The position numbers were made by a program, and so were the translations under genes. A stretch of DNA of 64,000 nt, taken from contig JBHGNT010000002.1 of NCBI GenBank assembly GCA_043228905.1, positions 26,784,001 through 26,848,000 on the forward strand, given 5' to 3'. Each line of letters begins with the position of its first letter. The stretch's first letter is position 1. The DNA is from Azolla caroliniana (Eukaryota > Plantae > Polypodiophyta). Shown here piece after piece: positions 49,451-63,901 of the stretch. The notes beneath the pieces are model-generated. The model worked only from the letters and a program-made list of their open reading frames with translations, was not told where the DNA came from and made no database searches.

Positions 49451-50440
49451 GACGATTTTCTTCTTTTTCTTTTTTTCCTTTTTTTATTTTGCTAGACATG
49501 GAGTGAAAGCATATCTACAAAAGTTTATGGGAGTACTAATGTGGCAATTTTCTTTATTGGAGCAAGTGGAAATTTTTTCCTAAGTGGAGTGTTCGTCTTG
49601 TCTTGCCTATTGGCAATTCAACATGTTCCACTATCCATGTAGTGTAGTTAGTGGGTGACCATACTCCATTGTCACACCCATTGTGAGTTGTGTTTTTACA
49701 CACATTTATTAATATAATTGTGTGTTTTCACCCAAAAAAAGAGAGAGTTGATGATTTAAGTTGTCGTTGGAGCTACAACCAAGTGACCCCTGCCTGTTTC
49801 ACACTTATCTCCCCCCCTACATACATAGTACATACCTAAGGACATTCACTACTCGTAAGCAAACGGACCTCCACTTTTCCCTAATTACTCTTCCCCATGC
49901 ACTCACTTACATCTACATAATATATATATACACGTACGTGTCCACTTAAACCTACATATAGTCATATACTTATACAAGTACATATACATATACTTATAAC
50001 CTCACATAAACACATAAGAACAAATGCAAACAGTTGGATACATATTCACCTATACAGTATACTTAGACTTGCTCACATACTCATACAACTCACACACGCG
50101 CGCACAATCATTGATACATATACATACATATCTATCTATCTATCTATATATACACACACACACACACATTTGCAAGCACATACACTTATATTTATTCTTA
50201 CCCATATATGTACATACACTCGAAATATACATACATTTATACATATGCATACGTATAAGCACACATTTACATATATAGGCACATTTAAATATACCAACGC
50301 ATCTTTCCCTGCATATAAATTTGCACATCAGCATCAAATCCGTAATTAGGCATAAATAAAAACACAATCTAAAATCCTCAAGGGCAATCAATGGTTGAAG
50401 AACATTCTACATTCGTGATGAGGGAAGCTACAAGCATTTG

Positions 50441-51046
50441 TTTTTTTTTTCTTGAAGATTCACCTTGGTATTAATGGAAAGATGACCAAAGGCTACAACG
50501 AATTCATGCAATAGATTCTAACCCCCATACCCACAGCAACCAACGTGTCAAGTATCCAAAGCCCTCACGTAGGGTTGTTCCAAGACGAGGGGCGGAAAAA
50601 GCCATCTTGGTGGAGCATATCTCCACTTTATTCTCTCTCTGAAAGAGGTGAAGACAGAGCTCTGCCTTTTTCCAAATTTCTCGATATTGTTGTTGTTTAC
50701 GAATCACAACCTTAGGCTCACTAGTTATTGTCTCATATTGACCTCTTAGAGTATGTAAGGGCATTAATCATATCTCCTTGACTAACTCAACCGCATTCTG
50801 TTTTACTTTCTGAAATACACATTTACATCTAGCCTTCCACAATACCCAAACTACTAAAGAAGATATTGTAGACCAAACCTTGTCCTCTTCCAAACAACGG
50901 ATTGTTGTGGTATAAGAGACCTCCAATACATGTCTTCCATCAAAGAGGAGAAGAAAATCAACATACTCCTTTTCATAGTTCTGCATTTCTTTAGCCAATA
51001 TTCCCCATCTCACAAAACCCCATGTGTACACCTATTTACCATAAAT
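50441..51046 (-). mobile_element. 5'-truncated LINE retrotransposon with poly(A) tail and 20-bp TSD
   Basis: AGGGAAGCTACAAGCATTTG at 50421-50440 and 51047-51066; T10 at 50441-50450; ORF2 C-terminal-like VVWVLWKARCKCVFQ. Confidence 0.9.
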
Positions 51047-52694
51047 AGGGAAGCTACAAGCATTTGACATGAACAAGCGAAAAATTAATCATTGTTATTC
51101 TTTGGAAAGAACAATGTCTTCTCTAGTTTAGGTCCTCGTGGTCCTGCTCACATTTCACACACATGCACATAACTTTACAACATCATTACCTCCCATCAAG
51201 CGTTTTAATGTGTTTATGAGCCTTCCACAACGTTCCTTGAGGTGTTGGTGACTAATTAGGTCGAGTTATTCAAGTGTCTACATTTTTCAATTGGGGGTTT
51301 CTTGTGTGTGGTACAAATCACGACTATTAAGGTTGAAATATCAAAACAATTCAACTTTCCTAAACTTGATTAGAAAAACAAAACATAATTTTATCATTCT
51401 ATTGTTGTACATGCATGTGTTTGTCTATGTACTGTATGTGCACACGTATGTGTATATGATCATTTGGTAGATGTTGTATTGTGTTAATGCATTGTTGTAT
51501 ATTTATATGTGTATCATTATATTGTATACAGGCATGTCCAAGTGTATCATTTGTGCAAGTATGTGGTTGTGTGATAGTATATTTGTATAGGTGAATGTAT
51601 AAAGTTGTATTGTTGTATTATATGGATGCATGTGTGCACATGGGCGATGGATTTTATGTTGTTTATTTGTATTAAAAGGACGAAAGAGGTAGTACAAAAG
51701 CAAAGGCATCAATTTTTAGAAAAAAACAATGTGGTGTCAAACCACAACCCTGATGTAAAAAAATGCATAAATATACCAAACAATTAGGAAGACAATAAGG
51801 TGGATAATTACCTCAATGGTAACCCAAAGGTGATGACATAGTTTGAGGTGGCATTGCATTATCTATTGTTGTTGTCCAATTTTAACAATGAGAATTAGTT
51901 CCAAAGAAGATGAAATGAAGAAAATGGAAGAGCAACCACCCATTCGATCATTTAATCATCTAAGATAGGAAAGTTTTAGGAAAGAGAACTATGAATCCCA
52001 AACATGGTAAAGGCATAAAAACTTGAGGAGTTGAAAATCAAATTTGAAGAACAACCAAGGATTGTCAAATTCATTAAACAATTGTTCTATTCTACTATGA
52101 ATTGATTACCCTTGTAAGAAAATACAAAGCTATGTTCGTGTGAACATATGAAGACATCAAGGGGGTTGATCATAAGTTCCAAAAACACAAAATTTTATTA
52201 AAAAAACATATAATATCAACCGAGCAACAAAAATACCAAGTGAATCTCAACTGAGCAAAAAACACAATTTCCACAAAGTCAATTTTATCACTCTAGAAAT
52301 CAAGCTACACGACTATTACAGAGAATATATGGTTTTCTTATTTTTCTAGGCAATTAGAGAGTATATGGTTCCCTTACCACAATCTCGACATGTGCCATCT
52401 TGTTGGGATGGTACCAGAGTATATAATGCATTGGGCTTGGTGATCCATTAAGGTGGATGAATTATTTTCTCATGGACTGGCTATTTAGGTGTGGGCATGT
52501 TGATTTGGCTTTACACTTGTCCATTTTAGGGCGTCTAATAGTGTATGATGTGGTAGTCCTCTTGATAAAACATGAAAGCAATAAATGTGTGATTTGGTTT
52601 AGGATCACCCCTTCACTAAACCAAATTGTCTCATTTTTTTTTCCAAAGAAAAGATACACCTTGGTATTATAAAATCCTTGGCAATACAAATGTT

Positions 52695-52920
52695 GATGGC
52701 TGGTTCGGCGAGAACAACACCACCACCAAAACAAAGCTAATGGCAACCATAAATCCATCCATCCATTCATGGGGAGAGAAGGACCTAGAAAACATTTTCA
52801 ATTCTGCTTTTGCTTCAAACATGATGGCTGGTTCGGTTAGAACAACAACACCACCAAACCAAAGCTAATATGCCAACCATAAATGCATCCATCCATTCAT
52901 GAGAGAAGGACCTAAAAACA
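52695..52920. repeat. ~128-bp-spaced direct duplication
   Basis: gatggctggttcgg..agaacaac...ccaccaaa..aaagctaat...caaccataaat.catccatccattcatg...gagaaggaccta.aaaca occurs twice. Confidence 0.85.
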
Positions 52921-53539
52921 AATTGTCTTATTTATTGTCCTTGGTTCAAGTAAGGTGGTGGAAAGCACTTCGAGATTCACATATAGCTTTCTCTTCACTC
53001 ATTCTAATATATGGATCATGGCTCATCATCTATCATTACGAAGCTCTTCCAACCATCAATTTTCATGGTGTATTGATCTCCTTCTTCTCTCTTGTGTTTA
53101 CATTGTTCATGTTTCCTCCTTGTCTTGGAAACGGTGATATCAAAGTTGTTTGGTTCCATTACATAGGAATACAAGTTTCAACCCTTGGAGAACTTTTCCA
53201 TGACTCAGAGGACCAATGCAGTTTCACCACTCTTATGAAGCCATCGGTGCATACATAATTGCCATTTGAATTACAATTTGCAAGCTGCATTTCAACTTTG
53301 TTAATTTCAAATCTTGCTACTTGTGAGTTCTTTGGTGCAATGACAATCAAGGTTGATTGTTTGACATGATTTGAGTTGAAGAAAAATTTTATGGGACCTA
53401 CCATCCAATGTGGTCTTACATGATGAACCATGTTCTTGTTGCGCAACAAACGTGGAGCATAATTGCATATATTGATAAGTGATATGGTAGTTCTTTTACT
53501 ATACAACCTTTGTCATGGATTCAAGTTCCTCAATTACAA

Positions 53540-55340
53540 TGACTATGCCAATTCTACCTAAGCGGCAGCAAATTAGATGGTATGGGAAGGATGCTAAAGC
53601 TCATGTATTGATCACTCTTTATGCGAAGCAACATATTGTTCCATACCTCTAATCATGCATTACTATAATACATGATTACACTACTCTTGCTTTTTTTAAT
53701 GCAATGCATAATGACGCAGATGTTACTTAATTAAAAAAGCAACTTGAAGACATATATATGGCTGAAAATGAGTCAATGAATATGTATGTTACACGCATTA
53801 AGGATTTGAAAGGGTAACTCTCAAACATTTATGAAATCATCATGGATGCATTAGTCATTTCTATATCAGTCAATTGGTTCCTAGAATACTTTCAAAGCTT
53901 TGCTACTACAATTTGTTTGGTTACAAAAGAGAAATCCAAATATGTATAATTTTGATGACGTTATGTCTCTTTTTTTGCAAGAAGCGCAATCAAGAGTGAA
54001 TAGAAGTGGTTATTGCTCGAGGGAACACAAGCACTTACTAATGGAAAGAGAAAGTATGTTCAACTTTGTGTTCATTGCAACTAAAATCTCAATCTTCCTC
54101 TTCACTTTTTCTTCTCTTGATGATGATGATATCCAAAAGAAGAAGATATGCAAGTATTGTTGAAAGGCTAGAAATAGCATTGACAAATGCAAGAAGGGAA
54201 CATATAATAATTCAAAGAACAAAGAGATAATTATGCGATGGAAATGATTAAGGATGACAAGATATAGAGAACTAATTTGTAAATGATTAAAATTATTGTT
54301 TTTTGATATTAAGAAGGGAACATATAATAATTGAAAGAGCAAAGAAATAATTATGCGATGGAAATGATTAAGGATGACAAGATATAGAGAACTAATTTGT
54401 AAATGATTAAAATTATTGTTTTTTGATATTAAGAAGAGAGCATATAATAATTGAAAGAACAAAGAAATAATTATGCGATGGAAATGATTAAGGATGACAA
54501 CATATACAGAACTAATTTGTAAATGATTAAAATTATTGTTTTTTTATATTAAGAATAGTTGAAACACAACCTTCTTTGTTTCACTAAGATAAACAACTAC
54601 ACTACCTAATGCAACAATTGCCTTCATGAGCACATAAAGAAGGAAAAAAAGCACGAGGTTTTATTGTAGTGACAAGAAATGTGTATGTGGAAATTAGAAT
54701 GATGGTTGTGAGTTCAACGTATTGGTAGTGCTTTAATTTCATTGCCTTGTAAGTTTTTTTTTCATGGAAAGGACATTCATTCAAATGTATTGTGTGTATA
54801 TAAATCCTATCGTTTTTATTTGTTGTTTGTTTTTCAGTGGAAATGTAAATCAATCCTATTGTTTTTATTTGTCTTGTGCGCCTCAATCTGAAGAGCGGAC
54901 ACCATTATTTTGTAGCTTGACTTTTGGTAGAAATGTAAAGCATTGTCGTGGACACTTAGTTGCATTATGTGTTAGAACCTTCTTGAATTATGTATTGGAT
55001 AGAAGGGTTTTGGAATGACCATTTGATTTTCAATAAGGGAATCCTGAAGTATATGACACTCATATTTGTCTTTTTTAATAAAAGTGACATCAAAGTATAT
55101 ATACCTTGACCAAGAAAGAAAGTGTCTTGATGAACCATTGACAATTCAAACACTTCAGGGACATTCTAGAGCTTTGTATATTGCAACTTGTATATATTTG
55201 TTACGATGATTTATGTAGTCATGAGTATGTGCTATCAATGCTTGTTCATACGTGGAATCTCTCCCAACCTTGTATCCATTCACAATCAAATGTATGATTC
55301 ATGTGGTTGCCTTCATTTGGGAAATTACTCCAACTCATGT
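53540..55340 (+). mobile_element. Degraded Ty1/copia gag (UBN2-like) remnant
   Basis: LKKQLEDIYMAENESMNMYVTRIKDLKG*LSNI...FQSFATTI...SLFLQEAQSR resembles copia gag; many stops. The 3' extent is approximate. Confidence 0.6.
54191..54554. repeat. 120-bp minisatellite, three near-identical copies
   Basis: Unit aagaagggaacatataataatt.aaaga.caaaga.ataattatgcgatggaaatgattaaggatgacaa...ttttgatatt. Confidence 0.97.
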
Positions 55341-56794
55341 ACACAAAATAAAACAAAGGAGCCACTATGTATTGTACAAGGGTCCAAATAAATCCCCAAC
55401 TTTAGGTGAGCACTTCCCTTGGAAACACAATTTTAATTGTGCGAATATGATAAATGGAGTCCAAATGAAAGGCTACTTCTACATGCACATGAGCTCGGGA
55501 AGATAATGTCCTTATTCACAATAGATGTGGTTGGTGTTTTATGTCGTTTATTAAGTTTATTATAGAAGGAAAATAATTGGATTAAATGCAATTCTATGAT
55601 ACATCCTATAGAAATCTTATGATTACTTTAATTTCATGTAACTTGATTTAAAAGGAAACTCAATCATTTCATCACATACTTACATCCATTAGAAGACACT
55701 ACATTTATTTGGTTAAAATTTTCATAAGAATTCACCATGCCAACACTAGTGATATTGTTCATGCTTTTTAAATATTGGATATTTATTTGCTTGGTAGAAC
55801 CATGGATGTTTTATGTTATTTAGTTGGTCTCCCTCTCAATCTACAATATGATATCCTCAAAGAGTTTCCATATCATAGTGCTTCACATCTTTCATAGCTA
55901 GTCGCCTCGACATTTGATTGCTTCTTATTTACTTAGGATAATAATTGACCCTCGAGAGAAACATAATATAGATGTAGTTGTCGTTAGGTCACCAACCCAA
56001 TTGAATACCTATATATTATCAATTTATTCCATTGATCAAACTTTATGCCAAATCCAATCATACTCGTTAGGGATATTAGAATGTGTAGATCGTATTGCCA
56101 ATGACTATTTTACTTACCCACCATGAACTTTGCTAGCATCCCAACTATTACCCTAACATCGGCATTGTGGATCATAGATACAAGAGACGAGTGACTAGAA
56201 CTTGACATTGTTTTCTCATTTCATTATCTTAGATTGATATCCATTGTCGTCAAATTTACAATACTTTGTTAATGCGAAAATTTGATAAACAAATATTTTC
56301 ATCCCTTTTATACATTTATAGTTATCGATCGAAGTGCATCAAACCCAAATCATTCATGTTTGAGTGTGACTTCAACTTCTTTGTTTGAGGTCTTCAATAT
56401 TTGCTTCTACACTTCTAATTAGGATGAAAACATCCACGCATATCACAAGGAAGAACTATATGTTCACTTCCTAAAGTCACTTTCTCCCATGATGTAGTGG
56501 GTCATATCTATTGGACACCTCCTAATTACATTTTCTGTGAGGAATCTATCCATTAGATCATACATGTAAAATAATTTGTACCTATTTAGAATTTTTTTCT
56601 TATAGGTCCAACACACCACATTGCCTTGACCTTAATTATTTTTTCATAAAAAATATCCTCCATTGGTACTAAAAGAGTCCACTATTAAAATGAATATTGC
56701 ATGTGAATGTGGTTGCATTAGGGTTTAGACCTGATTTCAACATACATTTGGTTTAACATTGGACAACCATATATCCATCGTGGTTTATTCCAAA

Positions 56795-57260
56795 CCCTTT
56801 TATCATTGCATTCCAAGATGCAATGTCCCTTGCAGGTTACACAACATTTTGCATATAAGTCGACTAAACTGCTTCCAACAAAAAGATCTTTTTCATATCC
56901 TTTCAGTATGATTTTTTACCTTCATTGAGAGCATAAATGCTACTACATGCTTTTCAAACAACAACATATATGCCATAGTCCACATGTATCTTTTTTAATT
57001 ACATTTTTTCTATATAGTTTCCTATGTGTGAGCTATATCCACAAACTAAGAGTCCAGTAATTAGTGCATTCCATGAGATGCCATCATGTTTAGACTTATA
57101 AAAAACCATGCATGCATCTTGAAGATACTCGTATTTGGCATACATGTCAACCAACATACTAGCAATAAACCTATCATTCTCATATCCGGCCAATCAGATC
57201 TAGATACGTATATTTTGTCCAATGATAATATGGCTTACTTGAATGCACATGGCTACCATT
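56795..57260 (-). pseudogene. PLS-PPR pseudogene fragment
   Basis: GYENDRFIASMLVDMYAKYEYLQDACMVF...DGISWNALITG and downstream RDIASWNAMIKG, interrupted by stops and frameshifts. Confidence 0.8.
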
Positions 57261-59689
57261 AGATTATAGAATATGGCCCATGGTTGATTTTCTCATGAAC
57301 ATTTCAAGATTTGGAAACTTCAACTCCGCACTAGTAGGCGAGAGCAAATTAAGTCATATTGGTTGCCAAGACAAGGTCTTGAACTAGTACATACACATTC
57401 TCATTCAACCCCATATGGTACTGACTTCTAAGCATATACATATAGTTGTTCGAGTTCTCTGAACTTTTACGTGTATAGATCAAATTCCAACTCTTCCATG
57501 GATCTCCATTTCAAAGTCATAAAGGCCATCATATTTTGGGGAACCAGAGTATTAATCGGTTCTAGAATGTACAACAAAGCCAAATGTACATGTGTGGTGA
57601 AAAATTAACATAATTCCACTTGTGTGAATATGAAATGTATGAGACGAACAATTATATGATAATCACACAACTTAATATACAAATCTTACGAGGATAAAAA
57701 CAAAAGCAAGGCTATGCTATGAATTAATGTCAACCAAACATGAAAACCAATGGAAAATAGCTTATGTAGTTTTAGATCATTTCATGATACATGGCATGCA
57801 TGACAACGCAACTATGAGAACATGACGTAGACCTTATATTAACTTCGGTGAATCAGTCATGTGACACATATAATACACACCTCATAGCTACAATCTCATC
57901 ACAACGACAATAAAAAGATCATAGAATACAATGTAAGGGGAGATCTAGATTTAGAAGATAGAGAAAGTATCCACTGTTTTTTAAATTATTATTATTATTA
58001 TTTCAAAACACGAAAGACAAAAATTAGGTAGAAAACAACTCACCTCCCCAAAGCAAAAATTAGTTATGGATAATGGTACAACTATGATAAATTAATAATT
58101 TAGACAACACAACAACATGACATTGACCGTCCTCCCAACAACAATATATATTAATCTTCCCTAGCATCAAGCTTTTCTCCCAAGTTTAACACTTGGGGCC
58201 AAATACATGATGAAAATTTATAGCAATGTATGACTATCATATTGGAACTACCTTCGTTCTTGCAAGATCAACAATATTAGTGCAACCAATAATTTCATTC
58301 GTTGTGGCCCTATTATTGACTACGTTGTGAATGGACCCAACAAATCTCACATCAACACAAACATGTTTGAATCAAATGGCATATGTTGATTTTGATTAGA
58401 AGCAATTAAATGCGTTGTTCAAATCCAACCTATCCTAATGAAGTTGGCGGTAAACTAAATTTCCGATTTGTAACTAAAGAATCAACCAAGCTTATCTGTC
58501 TTTGTGGAAAATGTTGGTAAAACAATTACCAATGCAATTGATCATTTCCATTCAAGATGATGGTTTTCCTACTAAGGTAAACATGAGGATATCTTGGAGG
58601 TGTAAATGTGCATGTGGTGTTTACAATCATTCATACAATCCAAGAGTTATTTTTACTCTTAGCCTTTTTAATATTTGAATTGAGTCCGAGCCATATTTTT
58701 GGCACGAGTCTGACATTTGGTTATATGGACATTCTAGTCTTCGCTACAATACATTTATATTAGTGTCGCCTCTCATGACATTCTTGAGCATATTAGTGCC
58801 CTGTTTTTTGAATGTTTCTAATTTGACATTGTCAAATAAAAAACACCATTAATCACATTTAGTTACATATTTATCTTATCTTTCCATCATACTCGTGAGT
58901 CGTGACTCAAAAATCCTTAGATTTGCACTTGTTTCGTTAATGAAGAGACTCATTGAAGCAACATGTGATGAAGCTCGGTCCATCCAAATTTTGGAATTTT
59001 TTATTAATCCGTAACACACTTATATATTTGACTATACGTATGGTGCTTTGTGATTCTCTATTGAGGAACAACTCAAATGGTCATAATATTTGCATGATCA
59101 TCGTAAGATTTCTTCTTCCATTGATAATTTGCACACATACTTGAGGATTATTGCATTCATATATTGTTTTCCATGGTATATTTTATTTTAGATTATTCAC
59201 AACCTCGGTGATTGACATGGGACCGTATTGTTGGATGAATGACACATGGTATACTTTTTTATTAAGGTGGCCTTTTTAGGAAACCTAGTTTGTAAAGCCA
59301 TATAAACATAAGCTCTTTTCATTATTGTACAACAATAACAAATTTCATGTTGAAGTTTTATTTTAATTGATATTCCTTTATGAAGGTTGTATGTTCTTAA
59401 ACCATTTATTAATGTGCAAATGCGAATTGTTCTACTTCTCGAGAAATCCTTTGCTTATCTACATACAATTCTTCTTAGGTTTACGAAGGTTAAATAATCT
59501 CGATGTTCGAGGCATGAATGCATTGCAGTGCGCGTTGCACGTAAAAGAAAGTTGTCAACATGATGCAATGAGATATTGACTCATTGTTAATTGCTCACAT
59601 AATCAATTTGTGACAAATTGGTCATTGTCTCATTTACGTATATAATGAATATATTGGCCAATTGAAATCTTCAACAACATTTCTTGGAC

Positions 59690-60110
59690 ATATCATGTGA
59701 TTACTACATGTTGGGGTTCTCAATTGATTCTATGGGCTAAGGTATTCCTTTGGAGAGTTGTTGTTAGAGATTTACCATTGGGGAATGCATTAAACAAAAG
59801 AAAGATTGCTAGTGGAATGCATTTCTTTTGTTCAGTGGAATTGAAATGTAATAAACATCGATGTCTTTCATGCCCTATGGCTAGAATGGTTTGTGGGTGC
59901 ATCAAATTAGTTGGATGTTTATGACTGGTGCAACAATATATTCATTCAATTGTGTTTTTGGCATTTGCACATGTGGAGAGTAGTGGAGCGATACACCATT
60001 TCCAACTTTTTTTTTGAGTTCTTGAGGTATTAAGGGCTATGGTTCAATTGGAATATGTGGAATGCATTTATTTTCAATAGACAAGTTGGAGGAAATGCGT
60101 TGCAAAGTTA
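59690..60110 (+). mobile_element. LINE ORF2 zf-RVT remnant
   Basis: AKVFLWRVVVRDLPLGNALNKRKI..HFFCSVELKCNKHRCLSCPMARMVC matches the RT-associated zinc-binding region. Confidence 0.75.
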
Positions 60111-60413
60111 AAAAGGACTTATTTTGTAGCAATTGACAGGTTTAAAGAAGTCAGGGAATCTAAACCACGAAGAGAGACAATTGTGCAAGGGGACATGTCA
60201 TCATATTTTGTCATCTAAATTGGTGTAAGGGGGGGGTGGGGTGGGGTTGAGCAAATTTGTAGTATTTAGATTCGCGGGGCGCTAAAGTTTGTTGTAAAGC
60301 TAGTCATGGAGGTGTTTTCTTTCGTAATGGAAGGCATTATTTACGGAGAGAGAGAGATTTTTAATGTCCACGAGAGAGCGATTGTGAGAGGCCGGGCCCA
60401 TTATGAGAATCGA

Positions 60414-60416
<3 letters not shown>

Positions 60417-60501
<85 letters not shown>

Positions 60502-60505
60502 GTAG

Positions 60506-60580
<75 letters not shown>
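60417..60580. repeat. Long interrupted (GA)n microsatellite
   Basis: Two GA runs, each preceded by aacg. Confidence 0.98.
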
Positions 60581-60583
<3 letters not shown>

Positions 60584-61267
60584 CATGTATTTTCCATGTA
60601 GTAGCAAATTGGGTGGGGTGGTGGATCACATGTGATGAATCATGATGCAAACATAGGCTTTTTTGGCCACTTAACAAGTAGAGAAAGAAGAAGAAGAAGA
60701 AGAAGAAGACAAGTCGTTGTCCGGACAAGTGTGAAAGCGCAGAAAAAGTCAAGCCCTAAAAATGGAGTGAAGAGCAAGGCAAAAAAAGAAAAATCTAAAA
60801 TCTAAAAAATAAATAAATAAAATAAATAAATAAAAAGAAGCAGCAAGAAGAAGAAGCAAAGGAAGGAGGCGGCGCGTTGTAGAAAAAAAACAGAGTAAGT
60901 AGGGAAGGAAGCTTCGCTCTGCCATCGCTATCTCCGGAAGCGACAGCTCTCCTTCTGCTCTGCTAAACCTAGTTTTTCCTCCTTATGAGCAGGAAATACC
61001 CTTCTCTTCCCCTCCCCTTCTCTTATATTGCCCCTCTTCTTATGTATACACACACGCGCATCTACTAAACGCTTCCGCCATCGCTGTCCAAAGTCGACAG
61101 CTCTCCTTCTGCAACCCTAATCTCCCCTCTGGGAAAAACCCACTTTTCTTATATATATATATATATACATATATATATCTCCCCTCTCCTTATCCTAGGG
61201 AGTTATATACATACCCTGACCTGGTTTAATTTTATCTGACTGATCTTGTTTCGTTTTAGAGATCCCC

Positions 61268-63901
61268 ATGGCTCATCTCTACCCTAATTATTTGCCTTTT
61301 GGTGACGACATGAATTTCCATCATCATCAACAAAGCAAAGGTTTGATCAACAACAACAACAACAACAACAATTATTATAATGGCAAACTAGGAAATTTGG
61401 ATGAATCAGATAATATGGTTCATGCGGAAGATCAGAAATGGAATATGGCGGCTGCAAGGCTAGCTATGAGCGCCAATATGAGAGCAAAATTTGACAACAA
61501 AAGTAATGACAATAATAATGCATCACATGCCAGTGTTAATGGAGGGGGGAGAGTTATGGCTTCTTCTCTCAACAATAGTGATAATAATAAGAGTTCAAAG
61601 AATATATCATCAAATAGTAGTAATAGGCCAAACTCATCTGGAGGAAAAAATAAGCATAAGGCCAATTCCGCTCCTAACCATAATTCAGCCCAGAATGAGA
61701 TTGTGAATAGTATGATAAACAAGATCTTGAATATGGATATGAAGCAACACAATCATCATCAAGCTGTCGACTCCTATGTTCCGTCTTCTCAGAAAGGGAT
61801 TCTTTCACATGAAACCATAGGTTCGAAACCTAGTGGGAACATGATGACTAGTCAGAACTCACAACAAGGAAACTCCAATTCACAACGAGCAAATCCTAAT
61901 TCTCCAAACAACTCTACACCTGTGGTAGATAAGAGATTCAAGACACTTCCAGCCTCAGAGAGTTTGCCAAGGAATGAAACACTTGGGGGTTACATCTTCG
62001 TATGCAACAATGACACCATGCAAGAAGATCTGAAACGGCAGTTGTTCGGTAAGTAGTGGAAAGTATTGTTTCTCTATTATATAAATAATAATTTCGTGTG
62101 CTCGGTTTTTGACATAATCTGATATTTGTTTTTATGAGGATTCAATGGATGGTATCAGAAGATTCTATGTCTCTAGTATATATATATATATATATATTTA
62201 TTTATTTATCCCAGCTTTTACATATGTAATCAGTTTGTTCATTGCATCTAGATTTCTATGTTAACCTTTGAAACCTATTCATGGTATCACAGAGATCTAT
62301 TTCAATACTAATGGGCTTTGTATTTGTGAATAAGATTTTGTCTAGGCTTCTATGAGGGCAGTATTATATATGTCTATAATTTCTTACTAGTTTTTCATGG
62401 AAAGTACAGGTGTTTCTAGAATGTTGAATGGTAGTAATGGCTTCTAGAACGTTGTCAGATGATTATGTGGCTCTTAGGGTTTTCCTGATGGTATTAAGAG
62501 GTCAATTGTCTTTAAAGTTGTTTTAAGGTTTGTATCCTCAGATGATGGTATCTGAGGATCGTGTCTCTAGATGAGGATTCTATGTAGTTGGATTCTTTAA
62601 GCGAAGTTTGTGGATGATTCGACGGTTTTATGCATTGGAATATGAATCTATGTCTCTAGTTTCTGTGATTAGTCTTATGTTGATGGCATCGTATGTCACT
62701 AGGTTTTGTTAACAGGATTAATAGATGGGTTTGATACAGTTATTATGGATAAATGAATATATTCTGATTTGACACTTTCTTTCTTCGAACTGCAGGCTTG
62801 CCACAAAGGTATAGAGACTCTGTCCGTACAATACAACCCGGGCTGCCATTGTTTCTGTACAACTACACCACCCATCAACTCCATGGAATCTTTGAGGTTG
62901 GTTTTCTTTCCCTTCACAATATTAATAAATTGTGCTCATGGGGCTTTGGGGTTTTAGGACGTTTCTAATATGGGAACATGCCTTATGTATTTCCTTTAAT
63001 CATTTCTATGACACATTAAAAGTGAGATCTTTAAAGACTTGAAGTTTTGCTGGTTGGTTGAATTTGTCCTATGGAGTCTGAAATTGAGTGAAATATTGGG
63101 CTGAGCTTTCTATGACATTTGATGTATTTTTGGCAAATACTACTGGAAACTTTCATAATTCGTTTGAAATATAGACTCATTGAAAGATTTTTTGGCCAAT
63201 TGCCCGCTGATCTTTTTATGACATTTGATGTGTTTTTGGCAAATACTACTGGCTACTTTCATATTTCTTTTGAAAATTTTCAATGAATCATTCAAAGATA
63301 TTTTGGCCAATCACCCAGTGAGCTTTCTATGACATTTGATATGTTTTTGGCAAATACTACCGGCAACTTTCTTTTGAAAATATTTCAGTGAATTATTCAA
63401 AAATATATTGGCCAATCGCCTGAAAATCTTTCATCTTAAAATGAATACCTAAGATACAGCTGCAAATTCTTCCTTGTCCTTTGGCATTTATTAGGGATTT
63501 TGCATATTCTGACATAGTTGCTCTTACAGGCAGCAAGTTTTGGCGGCTCGAACATTGATCCTACAGCATGGGAAGACAAGAAAAACAAAGGAGAATCAAG
63601 ATTTCCAGCACAGGTTTGATATATTATTATATGCAATCAATATCTTTAATATTTTGATGTCATATGTGTTTAGGATTTTGGGTTTAATGCTAAAATGTAG
63701 TAATTACCAATACAATTTATTTTTGGCATATTTCTTTGTGTTTCATGAGAATTTGTTTCAAAGTTGATGGGACTTCTCATTTGAAAATAGGTCCGTATCC
63801 GAGTCCGAAGAATGTGCAAACCATTAGAAGAGGATGCATTTAGACCAGTTCTTTTCCATTATGATGGTCCCAAGTTTCGGCTACAACTCTCTGTCCCTGA
63901 G
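61268..63901 (+). CDS. DCD-domain (Development and Cell Death; NRP-like) protein, 3'-partial
   Basis: Exons 61268-62048, 62796-62896, 63530-63613, 63791-63901. Asn-rich N-terminus; DCD motifs DKRFKTLPASESLPRNETLGGYIFVCNNDTM, GLPQRYRDSVR, LFLYNYTTHQLHGIFEAASFGG, FPAQV. The last exon lies beyond the window. Confidence 0.95.
63100..63420. repeat. ~110-bp tandem repeat, three copies, in a DCD intron
   Basis: tttctatgacatttgat.tgtttttggcaaatactac.gg..actttc...ttggccaat recurs three times. Confidence 0.88.

Noticed and set aside
54010-54462. 150-aa repetitive hydrophobic ORF; possible CRISPR-like array
   Set aside because: Product of the 120-bp tandem repeat. There are no unique spacers and the context is eukaryotic.
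60300-60752. ORFs with poly-ER or poly-LS
   Set aside because: Translations of the (GA)n microsatellite.
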